A DNA stretch of 64,000 bases from an uncultured Candidatus Peribacteria bacterium. GTDB taxonomy: Bacteria > Patescibacteriota > Gracilibacteria > Peribacterales > Peribacteraceae. The translations under genes were made by a program, and so were the position numbers. The notes beneath the pieces were generated by a model. That model was not told the DNA's origin. It saw nothing but the letters and a program-made list of their open reading frames with translations, and searched no databases. The DNA lies in contig CAZHLW010000001.1 in assembly GCA_964533375.1 (NCBI GenBank), positions 144,063 through 208,062 on the forward strand, given 5' to 3'. Below, piece after piece: positions 52,558 through 61,748 of this stretch (within the stretch, counting starts at the first letter, position 1; the number at the start of each line of letters is the position of its first letter).

Positions 52558-52973
52558 AGGAAGCAGGTGGAAAGAAATTCGGCTGCCTCCTTCAAAGAGC
52601 ATTCGTGGATATGCATCACAAGATCGAGAGTGGAGCCTTGTGACACTCCACCCTTTTCTTTGCCTGAAAACCTCTTCCATGTATTCGTCTTTTCAAACAA
52701 TGTAAGAGACGTTATTTCACCTTCATCGCGCATTGCATACGTACCAGCCCCTGTCTTTATTGCTTCAACGCCGAGTTGATGTGCAACTTCAAGGATTGGG
52801 ATTTGCCGTAGAGCGTCGAAGTCTTTATGCATAGAGATAAGGTGAGTGGAGAGGCGAGAATGAAGAGTGAGCTTTGCGTTCCATACGGATGCGAGTTTGA
52901 TAAGGCTTGAGATAAACCGATTTTCTGCGGTTAAATCTTGAGTTGTGGCTGATGTAAAAGTAGGATTCATCAT
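52554..52973 (-). CDS. Primase N-terminal module: CHC2 zinc-finger-like domain without the Cys/His ligands
   Basis: IPILEVAHQLGVEAIKTGAGTYAMRDEGEITSLTLFEKTNTWKRFSGKEKGGVSQGSTLDLVMHI follows the zf-CHC2 pattern, but the metal ligand positions are A/M/D/R/F. Confidence 0.55.
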   Translation of the reverse strand: MMNPTFTSATTQDLTAENRFISSLIKLASVWNAKLTLHSRLSTHLISMHKDFDALRQIPILEVAHQLGVEAIKTGAGTYAMRDEGEITSLTLFEKTNTWKRFSGKEKGGVSQGSTLDLVMHIHECSLKEAAEFLSTCFL

Positions 52974-53046
52974 AGAAATAAGGGAAAAGAGCTAGTCTTC
53001 TTGCAAGGAGGGCGGCTATTTTCCTGTTATGGAGGTCGGAGGATTG

Positions 53047-53190
53047 TCATGGTTGTGGCTGGGAAAGAAGATAAGCAAAATGAACCAGTGACTCTGCTTC
53101 GCGCTTAGCCTGTTCGGGTGTCAGTTCGACTCCATAATCCTCACGGATTATTTGTGCGAACTCGGCCAAATCTGACTCCGTAAGGGTCAT
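53047..53190 (-). CDS. 47-aa hypothetical protein (below the ORF-track cutoff)
   Basis: MTLTESDLAEFAQIIREDYGVELTPEQAKREAESLVHFAYLLSQPQP. Its ATG overlaps the stop of the DUF5659 gene (ATGA). Confidence 0.45.
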   Translation of the reverse strand: MTLTESDLAEFAQIIREDYGVELTPEQAKREAESLVHFAYLLSQPQP

Positions 53191-53426
53191 GAGTGAAAGT
53201 CGTAAAGAATATGTTTTGCTCGTTTAAGTGATGTCAGCAGTGACTGTGCAGGACACAGCAAAGAATCGGTCCAGTAGGCGCGAAGGATCTTTTGAAGATC
53301 GTCACTGTCCTCAAATACGAAGATCACTTTGCCGCTAGGATCGGAACGATCTAACGTGCGTAGTTTGCACTGCTTATGCAGTAAAACTGCAATAGTGGGG
53401 AGGTCGTGTGTTCTGTAATCCTGCAT
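53187..53426 (-). CDS. DUF5659-like small protein
   Basis: MQDYRTHDLPTIAVLLHKQCKLRTLDRSDPSGKVIFVFEDSDDLQKILRAYWTDSL matches my recollection of the DUF5659 pattern common in phage and CPR elements. Confidence 0.6.
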   Translation of the reverse strand: MQDYRTHDLPTIAVLLHKQCKLRTLDRSDPSGKVIFVFEDSDDLQKILRAYWTDSLLCPAQSLLTSLKRAKHILYDFHS

Positions 53427-53461
53427 GATGTCGCCACCATGCATCCCTCAAATTTTGAGGG

Positions 53462-55210
53462 CTAATCTAAGTCTTTGAGGGACAAAGTTGTTTCATCCAC
53501 CTCAAACCATACCGTAACTTCTTTTCGTTTTAAGCCTGCCACTTGTGCGAGTTTCCTCTGCAAGTTTTCAATAGCTTTGTTGAAGTCAAACCCTCTCACT
53601 TCATCCTCTCGTTCCAGTACTTCTGCTAAATACTTTTTGATTGAATCTTTTTGGAGTACTTCACCTTTCTTTTCGAGCAAAAGCTTCCACAGATATTGAA
53701 TCGCAGAATCTTGATTGAACCTTGTTGATAAGTTTTTATCACTCTCATTCCAAATAACTTTGAGATCAAAATCTGTCACAAGATTCAAATACCGAATCAC
53801 ATTACTTTTAGGTATTTGAAACTCTTCAGCATCCTCTAATACATTAGGAAGTTGCCTTCTTGGTGTAGATTTTTGCACTAACTTCATTCCTGGAAACATC
53901 TCGTGATGAGGTCTTATTATATAACGCAATAAGGTAATCATTGGGTTTATTGGTTTATGAGGGATCGCCTCTTCATCCATTGGAATAATCTCGGAGGGGT
54001 ATTCCATTTCCACACTTATTTGTTTTTCTTTATTTAGCGCAAATAAAATTCCATGAAGTTCCGTTTTAGAGAGATTCGGTACGCCACTGAGAAATACGCT
54101 GGGTTCGATATATGTCGTTAAATCTTCCTCAGCGCTGAGATCCAACTGATCTACGGCAATCTTGAGGATTGCAGCCTTCTTGTCGCTTATCGATAAATAC
54201 CCATTAGGGGTATTTTCAAGGGGAGCAGGTATTAACTGATTATATTGTTTTAGTGGTCGTATTCGGATTTGCAGAAGTTCAGAACCGTCTACTCTCCGCA
54301 TTCCTCCCGCCATTAATTCACCGTCTTCATCTAATGCCAAGATTGTTTCTGCTGGCTTCATTCCTTCTGGGAATAGAGGGTGGATGAAGTCTTTATCAGA
54401 AAGCCAAAAACCTCGTTTGAAATGCTCCTGTTTTTTGCTCAATATGCCGTACATGGCCTCTTTTTGCTGCGCCCAGTTCAATACATTTTCCTCCCATTTA
54501 ATGTCATGCCATCGAAAAGACTGAAGGTAATCATGCAGTTCCTTTTTCGCCAATTTATGCACTCCAACTGCCTGTGTGAAAAACTCGACAATCACAGGCG
54601 ATGAACTAATAAAATCCGTGCTCTTGCTGGTCCATTGGTCTTTATGAGGGTTGTCCTCCAGGTTCAGGCGATGCTCACGAGTGATCACTTCTTGGCGCGC
54701 CAAAGCCAAGTGAAACGCGAGGTCAAATGCCTGATGCATTGGAACTATGACCGATCTCTCTGCCTTTACCTCTTCCCACAGCGCCACAGGTTTTTTCTTC
54801 ACATATTCTTTCTCTCCGAGTGATTCTCCAACGCTTACCATTGAATGAAAAGACCCAAAAGCATTCGTTCGCTCATACTCATAAATCTCTACGGGGCTAA
54901 CTGCAATCTCCACTTCCATCAAAGCGGTCTCAACCTTATGAAACATTCTAAGGATGTCTATCATTGGTGGTAGCTTCAAATCGTTGTACTTCACAAACTG
55001 CGCCCGCCCCCACAGAAGGTCGTTCAGGTGATCCTGCATTGCCCCTGAGAATTTGCGCTGACTTTCATCTAATTCAGTCCGTGGAACACTTTTTGCCCCT
55101 TCTGTGTAAAACGCTAATTGATACAGCGCAATTAGCGTGTTCGGATTGATCGGTGGTGAAGGTTCATCGTAGATGTCATCTGCGTAAACCTCATCTTTAT
55201 CAATACTCAT
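53462..55210 (-). CDS. 582-aa hypothetical protein with OmpR/PhoB-like winged-helix C-terminus
   Basis: First gene of the element's minus-strand block. The C-terminal 90 aa (AIQYLWKLLLEKKGEVLQKDSIKKYL...FNKAIENLQRKLAQVAGLKRKEVTVWFEVDETTLSL) resembles a trans_reg_C wHTH. The rest is unrecognised. Confidence 0.65.
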   Translation of the reverse strand: MSIDKDEVYADDIYDEPSPPINPNTLIALYQLAFYTEGAKSVPRTELDESQRKFSGAMQDHLNDLLWGRAQFVKYNDLKLPPMIDILRMFHKVETALMEVEIAVSPVEIYEYERTNAFGSFHSMVSVGESLGEKEYVKKKPVALWEEVKAERSVIVPMHQAFDLAFHLALARQEVITREHRLNLEDNPHKDQWTSKSTDFISSSPVIVEFFTQAVGVHKLAKKELHDYLQSFRWHDIKWEENVLNWAQQKEAMYGILSKKQEHFKRGFWLSDKDFIHPLFPEGMKPAETILALDEDGELMAGGMRRVDGSELLQIRIRPLKQYNQLIPAPLENTPNGYLSISDKKAAILKIAVDQLDLSAEEDLTTYIEPSVFLSGVPNLSKTELHGILFALNKEKQISVEMEYPSEIIPMDEEAIPHKPINPMITLLRYIIRPHHEMFPGMKLVQKSTPRRQLPNVLEDAEEFQIPKSNVIRYLNLVTDFDLKVIWNESDKNLSTRFNQDSAIQYLWKLLLEKKGEVLQKDSIKKYLAEVLEREDEVRGFDFNKAIENLQRKLAQVAGLKRKEVTVWFEVDETTLSLKDLD

Positions 55211-55384
55211 ATTGAAACAATTTTAGCGTGTTTTACAGGTCTTGAAACCTGTGTTCTCGTTTATGTCACCTAATGCGCCTACTGCGTAATAAAGATCCTC
55301 TCGAAAACATACCCTCCATCGCAGACACATCATGCAGTTGCCCATCTTCAATAGCATTAAACGTTTCACGTTGCGGGATAACCA

Positions 55385-56218
55385 TCATCCTGCAGCTGTA
55401 CGTAAATCGTTTCTTGCATCCCGAATGATCGACCATGAAGCATGGAGGAACAGCGACGCAATGACAGATGCAGCAATTAGGTCAGGCCACGGCGTTCCCG
55501 TCCATGCAACAAGCCCCGCTGCGATCACGACCACAAGATTGCCAATAGCATCGTTGCGGCTGAAGAGCCACACAGCACGGACATTCGCATCGCCTGCGCG
55601 GTGGGGCATGAGCACGACTGCCGCGACAATGTTGATGACCAGTGCGATAGCACCGAGAATGCCCATCAATTCGCTTTCGGGAGTTTGCAGTACGAAGAAA
55701 CGATAGATGGTGTTGAGAAGCACACCTGCTCCTAAGAGAGCAAGGAAGATGCCTTGAATGAGTGCGGAACGCGCCCGCCATCGAAGACCCCAGCCGATGG
55801 CGAGAAGGCCGAGGAACGTGATCGACCCGTCCCCAAGGAAATCGAGGGCATCTGCCTTGAGCGCTTGGGAACCCGCAATGAACCCGCCGACCATTTCTCC
55901 AACGCCATAGCAAGCATTAAGCAGGATCACGATCCACAGTGCTCGGCGGTAGGCAGGAGTGACATGCGTGAGATCTTTTGGGAGTTCGTCATCGTCTTTT
56001 CCTTCTTGCATCCGCGCGAGGTTGTAGCCGATGCCTTTGACGGCACTCTCCACCGCAGCAAGGGCAGCAACATCGTTCATGCGGAGCGTCATCACCTGCG
56101 AAGCAATGGAGACTTTCACATCCTGCACCTCTGCCACTTTTCTAGTTGCTGCTTCGATTTTGGCAGCACAGGAGGGACAATCCATCCCTGTAACGCGATA
56201 GCGGACCTGTTGTGTCAT
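55385..56218 (-). CDS. HMA domain fused to a six-TM cation diffusion facilitator core (no cytoplasmic C-terminal domain)
   Basis: MTQQVRYRVTGMDCPSCAAKIE (HMA), then CDF TM2/TM5-like sites (ALKADALDFLGD; LFSRNDAIGN). Ends shortly after TM6. Confidence 0.75.
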   Translation of the reverse strand: MTQQVRYRVTGMDCPSCAAKIEAATRKVAEVQDVKVSIASQVMTLRMNDVAALAAVESAVKGIGYNLARMQEGKDDDELPKDLTHVTPAYRRALWIVILLNACYGVGEMVGGFIAGSQALKADALDFLGDGSITFLGLLAIGWGLRWRARSALIQGIFLALLGAGVLLNTIYRFFVLQTPESELMGILGAIALVINIVAAVVLMPHRAGDANVRAVWLFSRNDAIGNLVVVIAAGLVAWTGTPWPDLIAASVIASLFLHASWSIIRDARNDLRTAAG

Positions 56219-56220
56219 AT

Positions 56221-56538
56221 TTAGTAGTGGGTACACATATAAATCTCCTTTGAGTGCTTCTTCAGAATTTTCCTCGCATATTTAAGAATCTCGGAAACCT
56301 CTTTGGATGAGACTTCGTAGAAGACCTCTCTGCCTCGCTTCTCCTTGCGGATGAGACCGCATTCAAGGAGACAAGCAAGATGAGCCGAGGTATTGGGCTG
56401 TGAGAGTTTCGTTTCTTCGACGATCTGTGAGACGGTTTTCTCTCCGTCTGCAATGGTTTCAAGAATCATCAAACGTGAGTGGTCGCCAAGACCCTTGAAC
56501 AGTTTCGCTTCGAGTTGCAGTTCAGTGAGTTGAGGCAT
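56221..56538 (-). CDS. ArsR/SmtB family metalloregulator
   Basis: LFKGLGDHSRLMILETIADGEKTVSQIVEETKLSQPNTSAHLACLLECGLI. Confidence 0.85.
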   Translation of the reverse strand: MPQLTELQLEAKLFKGLGDHSRLMILETIADGEKTVSQIVEETKLSQPNTSAHLACLLECGLIRKEKRGREVFYEVSSKEVSEILKYARKILKKHSKEIYMCTHY

Positions 56539-56548
56539 AGATTGGACG

Positions 56549-56569
56549 TATAATTATGTATTTATACAT
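56549..56569. promoter_or_regulatory. TATAAT box plus 14-nt palindrome ATGTATTTATACAT (candidate ArsR operator)
   Basis: TATAAT at 56549-56554. A perfect 6-2-6 inverted repeat at 56556-56569, in the 45-nt divergent spacer between arsR and the PaaK-like gene. Confidence 0.4.
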
Positions 56570-56583
56570 TATCCCATCTCTGC

Positions 56584-57987
56584 ATGACTCGCAACACCGA
56601 AACACAACCTGCTAAGAAGAGAGTCGGTATTGGATTCGTGGGTTTCCTCAAGCTCGTAGGAAAGATTCGGGCACTGAAGCGGCGCGAGAAGTGGACGCGG
56701 GAGCAGATCAAGCAGTATCAGCAGCAGGAACTGCAAAAGCTGCGTGAATTCGCGTATGCCAGTTCTCCTTTCTACAAAAAATTCCATAAAGGATTGGAAG
56801 GCTGTCCGCTTACTGAGCTTCCAGTGCTCACGAAGCAGGAACTCATGCAATCATGGGATGAGATCGTCACGGATCGCTCCCTGCGGCTCAAAGATGTCGA
56901 GCAGTTCTTGGAGAACATGACCGAGTTCCAACCATACAGTTCTGGCCACTATGCCTTCGCTACGGGTGGCACTACAGGTGTCAAAGGAGTGTTCCTGTTT
57001 AACCAAGATGAATTCCTAACAATGTTCGCGCTGACAGCCCGTGCATCTGGCTGGATGGGCATTCATCTGAGTTTGCGCGAACGGCCACGCATGGCTGTTG
57101 TGCAGTCGCGCCTCCCGTGGCATCTCGCAGGAGCCGCACACTCTCTCAAAGTCCCGTTCATCCGCACGCTCGTTTTGGATTCAGTAGAGCCGATGCCGCA
57201 GCTTGTTTCTCAACTTAATGCCTTCCAGCCCCATGTGTTCGGTGGGTACGCGGGTAATGTACATCTGCTTGCCGAAGAGCAGATTGCAGGACGGTTACGT
57301 ATTGCCCCAAAAACGATCCTGACAACCGCAGAAACCCTCAAAAAAGAAGCGAGGAAGGCTATTAAGAAGGCATGGGGCATTGAGCCATTTGAAGCGTATG
57401 GGGCAACAGAGACAGCGGAAGTCGCATCCGAATGTCAGGAGCACAAAGGGCTACATATCTACGATGACATGGTTATCCTCGAAGTGGTTGATCGTGACAA
57501 TAAGCCTGTGCCAGCAGGAACCTACGGGAGCAAGTTACTTGTAACCGTTCTCTGGCGGCGTTCCATGCCACTCATCCGCTATGAAATAAGCGATCACATC
57601 AAACTTGCCTCCAAGCCTTGCCCCTGCGGTAGGCCTTTCCCTCTCATTGAAGAAGTTCAGGGGCGAGAGGAACAAGTGATTCATCTGACAGGGAAAGACG
57701 GCGGAGAAATCGCTATCGATCCAGAGTTCTTCTTTGACGAAATGGTTCTCCTGCCCATCGACGGATGGCAGATAGTACAAGAGAACAAAGATACTCTCAC
57801 TTGCTTCATCCTTCGTCCTCATTCGACATTCAATGAATCGGAATTCGTGAAGCGCATTACGGGAGAATTGGAGACGCAGGGAGCGAAGACACCGACGGTG
57901 AAAGTCGAGCGCATCGACGAGCTACGGCGCACGAAAGTAGGAAAAGTGATTACGATACAGGCATTGCCGAGGAAACCTACCTCTTAG
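56584..57987 (+). CDS. Phenylacetate-CoA ligase / F390 synthetase-like adenylate-forming enzyme
   Basis: FATGGTTGVKG, EAYGATETAEV, and a C-terminal ...RRTKVGKVITI. Confidence 0.75.
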   Translation: MTRNTETQPAKKRVGIGFVGFLKLVGKIRALKRREKWTREQIKQYQQQELQKLREFAYASSPFYKKFHKGLEGCPLTELPVLTKQELMQSWDEIVTDRSLRLKDVEQFLENMTEFQPYSSGHYAFATGGTTGVKGVFLFNQDEFLTMFALTARASGWMGIHLSLRERPRMAVVQSRLPWHLAGAAHSLKVPFIRTLVLDSVEPMPQLVSQLNAFQPHVFGGYAGNVHLLAEEQIAGRLRIAPKTILTTAETLKKEARKAIKKAWGIEPFEAYGATETAEVASECQEHKGLHIYDDMVILEVVDRDNKPVPAGTYGSKLLVTVLWRRSMPLIRYEISDHIKLASKPCPCGRPFPLIEEVQGREEQVIHLTGKDGGEIAIDPEFFFDEMVLLPIDGWQIVQENKDTLTCFILRPHSTFNESEFVKRITGELETQGAKTPTVKVERIDELRRTKVGKVITIQALPRKPTS

Positions 57988-58876
57988 CTTTGCAGAAGCG
58001 CTGCAGTGTCTGTTCAGAGTACACAGGCTGGATCGTTGCATGTTGGATACCAAATTGCTTGTGGCATATCTCCTCGACCATCGAAATGATTCGCTCGCAA
58101 TCGCACACCTCATCAATCGTGACCGTGACTTTGCAGGTCAGATGATGTTCCTTCGTATTCTGGCTCCAGACGTGAATATCTCCGACTGATGAAACACCTT
58201 TTACTGCCTTTACTTCTTTTTCAAAATCGTCGTAATTAAATCCTTCTGGTGCAGATTGTAGGAAGTATCCCATTCCCTCGACGAAAATACCCCATCCAGT
58301 TTTTATCATGAAGAAAGTGATAAGGAACGCAACGGCTACATCGACGTAAATAGTGGTGATGAACAGAGAAAGAATACCGCTTGCGACTACAGCCGCCGAA
58401 CCAACAGCATCATAGATCATGCAGGCATAGGTGCCTTTGGCATTCAAACTGCAACAGGCATCCTCTTTAAGCCAGAGAGCCGATACGAGATTTACTACAA
58501 GAGCAATGGAGCCAAAGACGATCACTAATTCACCTGCAATCTCCTGTGGCTCTAAGAGCAATCTGATAGCTTGGAAGAAAGCGATAAATGCCGTAACCAG
58601 GAGCAGGCAGCCCTTTACGAACCCCGCAAATGCATCCATGCGAGCGTAACCAAATGTCCTTCGTGCATCAGGTGCCTGCTTTGTCTTTCGTTCACTGTAG
58701 ATACTAAGAATCAGCGCCCCTGCATCATCTAAATTCATTAAGGCATCTGCTAATAAAGCACTGCTGCCCGTTATGATACTTCCGATGGTTTCTACAATGG
58801 CGAGACCGCCATTGAGCACTAATGCGCGAGTGAAGCGCTTTTCCAGTGATGCCGATGCATGAGGATGTTTTGTCAT
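57977..58876 (-). CDS. Cation diffusion facilitator family transporter (with C-terminal domain)
   Basis: SSALLADALMNLDDAG, MIYDAVGS, and a C-terminal DIHVWSQNTKEHHLTCKV region. Confidence 0.85.
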   Translation of the reverse strand: MTKHPHASASLEKRFTRALVLNGGLAIVETIGSIITGSSALLADALMNLDDAGALILSIYSERKTKQAPDARRTFGYARMDAFAGFVKGCLLLVTAFIAFFQAIRLLLEPQEIAGELVIVFGSIALVVNLVSALWLKEDACCSLNAKGTYACMIYDAVGSAAVVASGILSLFITTIYVDVAVAFLITFFMIKTGWGIFVEGMGYFLQSAPEGFNYDDFEKEVKAVKGVSSVGDIHVWSQNTKEHHLTCKVTVTIDEVCDCERIISMVEEICHKQFGIQHATIQPVYSEQTLQRFCKAKR

Positions 58877-58913
58877 TGTAGAGACAAGTTATTGAGTATA
58901 ACCCCAGGGAAAC

Positions 58914-61748
58914 TTATGGAGCGACACACGGAACAGTCGGATCAGACACACAATTCTCCTTAGGCGGTGTGCCACGCTCAGGGCAGGTCAGCGAGTATCG
59001 ACAGGCATCATCAGAAAGCTTTCTGAGTTGCTGCTTATACTCGGTATCACTCGCGCCGTATGTCAGAAGAATCTGATCCAAGTCTTGAAAGACATACACA
59101 GGATTCAGAGGCATTTCCTGTTCATTCACGAACATCCTCCAGCGTTTCTTGCCATCATTGCAGTATTCCTCGCCTGTATCGAGCGTAAAGCAATCTGCAG
59201 CCAAAAAGATCTTCAATGAAGAAAAGAAATCTCCGATGGTAATCCCTGGCTTGTGGCGGTGCATCACGTTCCCATTGCCATCATGGACGTGGGTATAGGG
59301 ATGCTTTGGATTCGTATCGGTGGACATGTACTTCTCCTGTGAGAAATCGACTCTGCTCCCATCGATGAAAACAGCGAAATCTGCATGTGTATGATTCGGG
59401 TCAGGGTTTACAGCTGGACCTGCGGAACTGATCTTTGCAAAGCCAAAGAAGAGCGCCGTAAAGCCAACGGCCATCACATACGGCGCGATGTCCGAGAGCC
59501 AGTTTCTGCGCTGTGGATGGAAACCCTTAAGGAGAAGTGAGTTTGTGACAACAGACACTGAACTGAAGGCCATAGCGAGCCCTGCAAGTTCAGGACGAAG
59601 TACGATGCCGAAGTCCATAAACAGTCGTGCTGCAATAGGAATACCGATGACGTTGTAGAACAACGCAAAGAACATATTTTGCTTGATCTTGCTCACTGTC
59701 GCTCGGCTCAGCTTAATTGCCGTCACAACATCTCTGAGATCGTTCTTCACAAGCACAATGCCACCTGTCTCCATGGCAATATCGGTGCCGCTGCCCATAG
59801 CTATCCCTAGGTTCGCTTGTGCAAGCGCAGGACTATCATTGATGCCATCACCGACCATCGCCACTCTCTTGCCCTGTTCCTGTAGCTTCTTCACTTCACT
59901 GGCTTTCTCGGCAGGGAGTACTTCAGCAAGGACATTCTTGATGCCAAGACTCACTGCAATCGCCTGAGCTGTGCGCTTGTTATCACCTGTGATCATGTAG
60001 ACCTCAATTCCCATCCTCTGAAGCTGTTCTACAGCCTCCTTGGAGGTTTCTTTGACGGTATCCGCAACGGCAATGATGCCAAGAACCTTGCTTGTATCCG
60101 CAAGCAGCATGGCGGTCTTCCCTTCATTCTCTAATTTCTGAAGTTTCGATTCGGCATCTCCAATTACAATCTTTTCCCGTTCCATGAGTTTGCGGTTTCC
60201 GAGGAAATACTTTTCTCCGTTGATCGTCCCTTCCACTCCATGTCCTGCTATTGCACAGAATCTATCTACTGCGACAAGAGAAATGGGCATCTCGGTTGCT
60301 CGCTTCACAATACTTTCAGCAAGTGGATGCTCTGAACCCTGCTCCAAGCTGGCTGCGATCTGCAGGATTTCCTTCTCTGATCCTTGAAACGCAAGAATAT
60401 CGGTCACTTCAGGTTTTCCCTTTGTGAGCGTTCCCGTCTTATCGAACACAATGACATTGATCTTGTTCGCAGCTTCCAAGGGTTCTCCTCCACGAATGAG
60501 AATGCCCTGTTCCGCACCTTTGCCCGTAGCGACCATGATGCTTGTGGGTGTCGCAAGTCCAAGGGCGCAGGGACAGGCAATAACAAGAACCGAGACGGCA
60601 GCAAGGAGTGCAAATGTGACGGAAGTGCCTGCCAAGAGCCAACCAATAAGCGTAATAATGGCTATGCCAATGACTGCGGGAACAAACCACGAAGATACCC
60701 AATCGGCAAAGTTTTGAATGGGTGCCTTGGAACCCTGTGCATCCTCCACAAAGCGAATTATGCGAGCGAGAGCAGTTTCCGAGCCAATCTTTTCGGCACG
60801 GAACTCTATACTGCCGTTTTTATTCATCGTTGCCCCAAACACACGATCACCCTCTTTTTTCTCTGTAGGGATACTTTCACCTGTGAGCATGGATTCATCG
60901 ACAGATGAGAGTCCCTTTATCACTACGCCATCCACAGGGATCTTCTCTCCTGGGCGCACAACCACTATATCGCCCACTTGGACATCCTCAATCGGTACAT
61001 CCACTGCTTGCCCGTTACGGAGCACTCGTGCAGTCTTCGCCTGAAGTCCCATGAGTTTCTGAATAGCGGAGGATGTTCTTCCTTTCGCTCGTGCCTCCAT
61101 CCATTTTCCGAGCAGGACAAACGTGATCAGTAAAGCAGCAACCTCGAAGTACAGATCATGCATTTCGCCAATCACCGTTCCATACGTCAGAACGTGATTA
61201 ACGAGGTTATAGAGGCTGAAGAGGTAAGCAGTAAGCGTTCCAATAGCGATGAGGCTGTCCATGCTAAAGCTGAACATACGAGCGCTTGACCAGAATCCTC
61301 TGAAAAAGCCTGCTCCCAGCCAGAACTGCACAGGAGTAGCAAGAATGAGTGACACAATTCCCATATACGGCATGAGTTGCCAATGCAGTGGTGACTCTGG
61401 GAAGAAGGACAGCACCATGAAGCCGAGCATCGGCAGGCTGAGAACTAGTCCGATGAGGAATTTTCTACGATAATCTGCGATTTCCTTTTCCTGACGCTTC
61501 CGATCAATATCAACACCATGATGACTATGCGGGTCATGCACTTCAGCGCCGTAGCCTGCAGCTTTTACTGCATCGATAAGCCCCTTCTCATTCACAAGCT
61601 CAGAATTGAAGCGAATACGGGCTTTATTGGCTCCATAGTTCACATTTGCTTCCTCAACGCCTGCAGTCTTTTTAAGTTTGCGGGTGATGAGTGCGCTGCA
61701 GCTGGCGCAGTGCATGCCTGTAATAGAGAGAGTGCATTGTGAAGTCAT
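58914..61748 (-). CDS. copA: Cu(I)-type P1B ATPase with extra C-terminal TM helix and ~165-aa His/Cys-rich extracytoplasmic domain
   Basis: [17 protein letters not shown] ([11 protein letters not shown]), [22 protein letters not shown]. After the last core helix come [20 protein letters not shown] and a further domain. Confidence 0.9.
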   Translation of the reverse strand: MTSQCTLSITGMHCASCSALITRKLKKTAGVEEANVNYGANKARIRFNSELVNEKGLIDAVKAAGYGAEVHDPHSHHGVDIDRKRQEKEIADYRRKFLIGLVLSLPMLGFMVLSFFPESPLHWQLMPYMGIVSLILATPVQFWLGAGFFRGFWSSARMFSFSMDSLIAIGTLTAYLFSLYNLVNHVLTYGTVIGEMHDLYFEVAALLITFVLLGKWMEARAKGRTSSAIQKLMGLQAKTARVLRNGQAVDVPIEDVQVGDIVVVRPGEKIPVDGVVIKGLSSVDESMLTGESIPTEKKEGDRVFGATMNKNGSIEFRAEKIGSETALARIIRFVEDAQGSKAPIQNFADWVSSWFVPAVIGIAIITLIGWLLAGTSVTFALLAAVSVLVIACPCALGLATPTSIMVATGKGAEQGILIRGGEPLEAANKINVIVFDKTGTLTKGKPEVTDILAFQGSEKEILQIAASLEQGSEHPLAESIVKRATEMPISLVAVDRFCAIAGHGVEGTINGEKYFLGNRKLMEREKIVIGDAESKLQKLENEGKTAMLLADTSKVLGIIAVADTVKETSKEAVEQLQRMGIEVYMITGDNKRTAQAIAVSLGIKNVLAEVLPAEKASEVKKLQEQGKRVAMVGDGINDSPALAQANLGIAMGSGTDIAMETGGIVLVKNDLRDVVTAIKLSRATVSKIKQNMFFALFYNVIGIPIAARLFMDFGIVLRPELAGLAMAFSSVSVVTNSLLLKGFHPQRRNWLSDIAPYVMAVGFTALFFGFAKISSAGPAVNPDPNHTHADFAVFIDGSRVDFSQEKYMSTDTNPKHPYTHVHDGNGNVMHRHKPGITIGDFFSSLKIFLAADCFTLDTGEEYCNDGKKRWRMFVNEQEMPLNPVYVFQDLDQILLTYGASDTEYKQQLRKLSDDACRYSLTCPERGTPPKENCVSDPTVPCVAP

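Larger units (their letters stand above)
47528..55384. mobile_element. Integrative element adjacent to tRNA-Glu (serine recombinase module); right boundary unresolved
   Basis: It abuts the tRNA 3' end. All ten genes are on the minus strand with short spacers or ATGA overlaps. The content is recombinase + primase/helicase + DUF5659, and by eye it is more AT-rich than the flanking core genes. The metal island to the right may or may not belong to it. Confidence 0.55.

Noticed and set aside
55211-55384. Search for an attR copy of the tRNA-Glu 3' end at the right edge of the recombinase module
   Set aside because: I saw no match to the tRNA 3' half by eye, only a small hairpin (ACAGGT-CTTGAA-ACCTGT). 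Serine integrase att sites share too little sequence to call without a comparison genome, so no att site is annotated.
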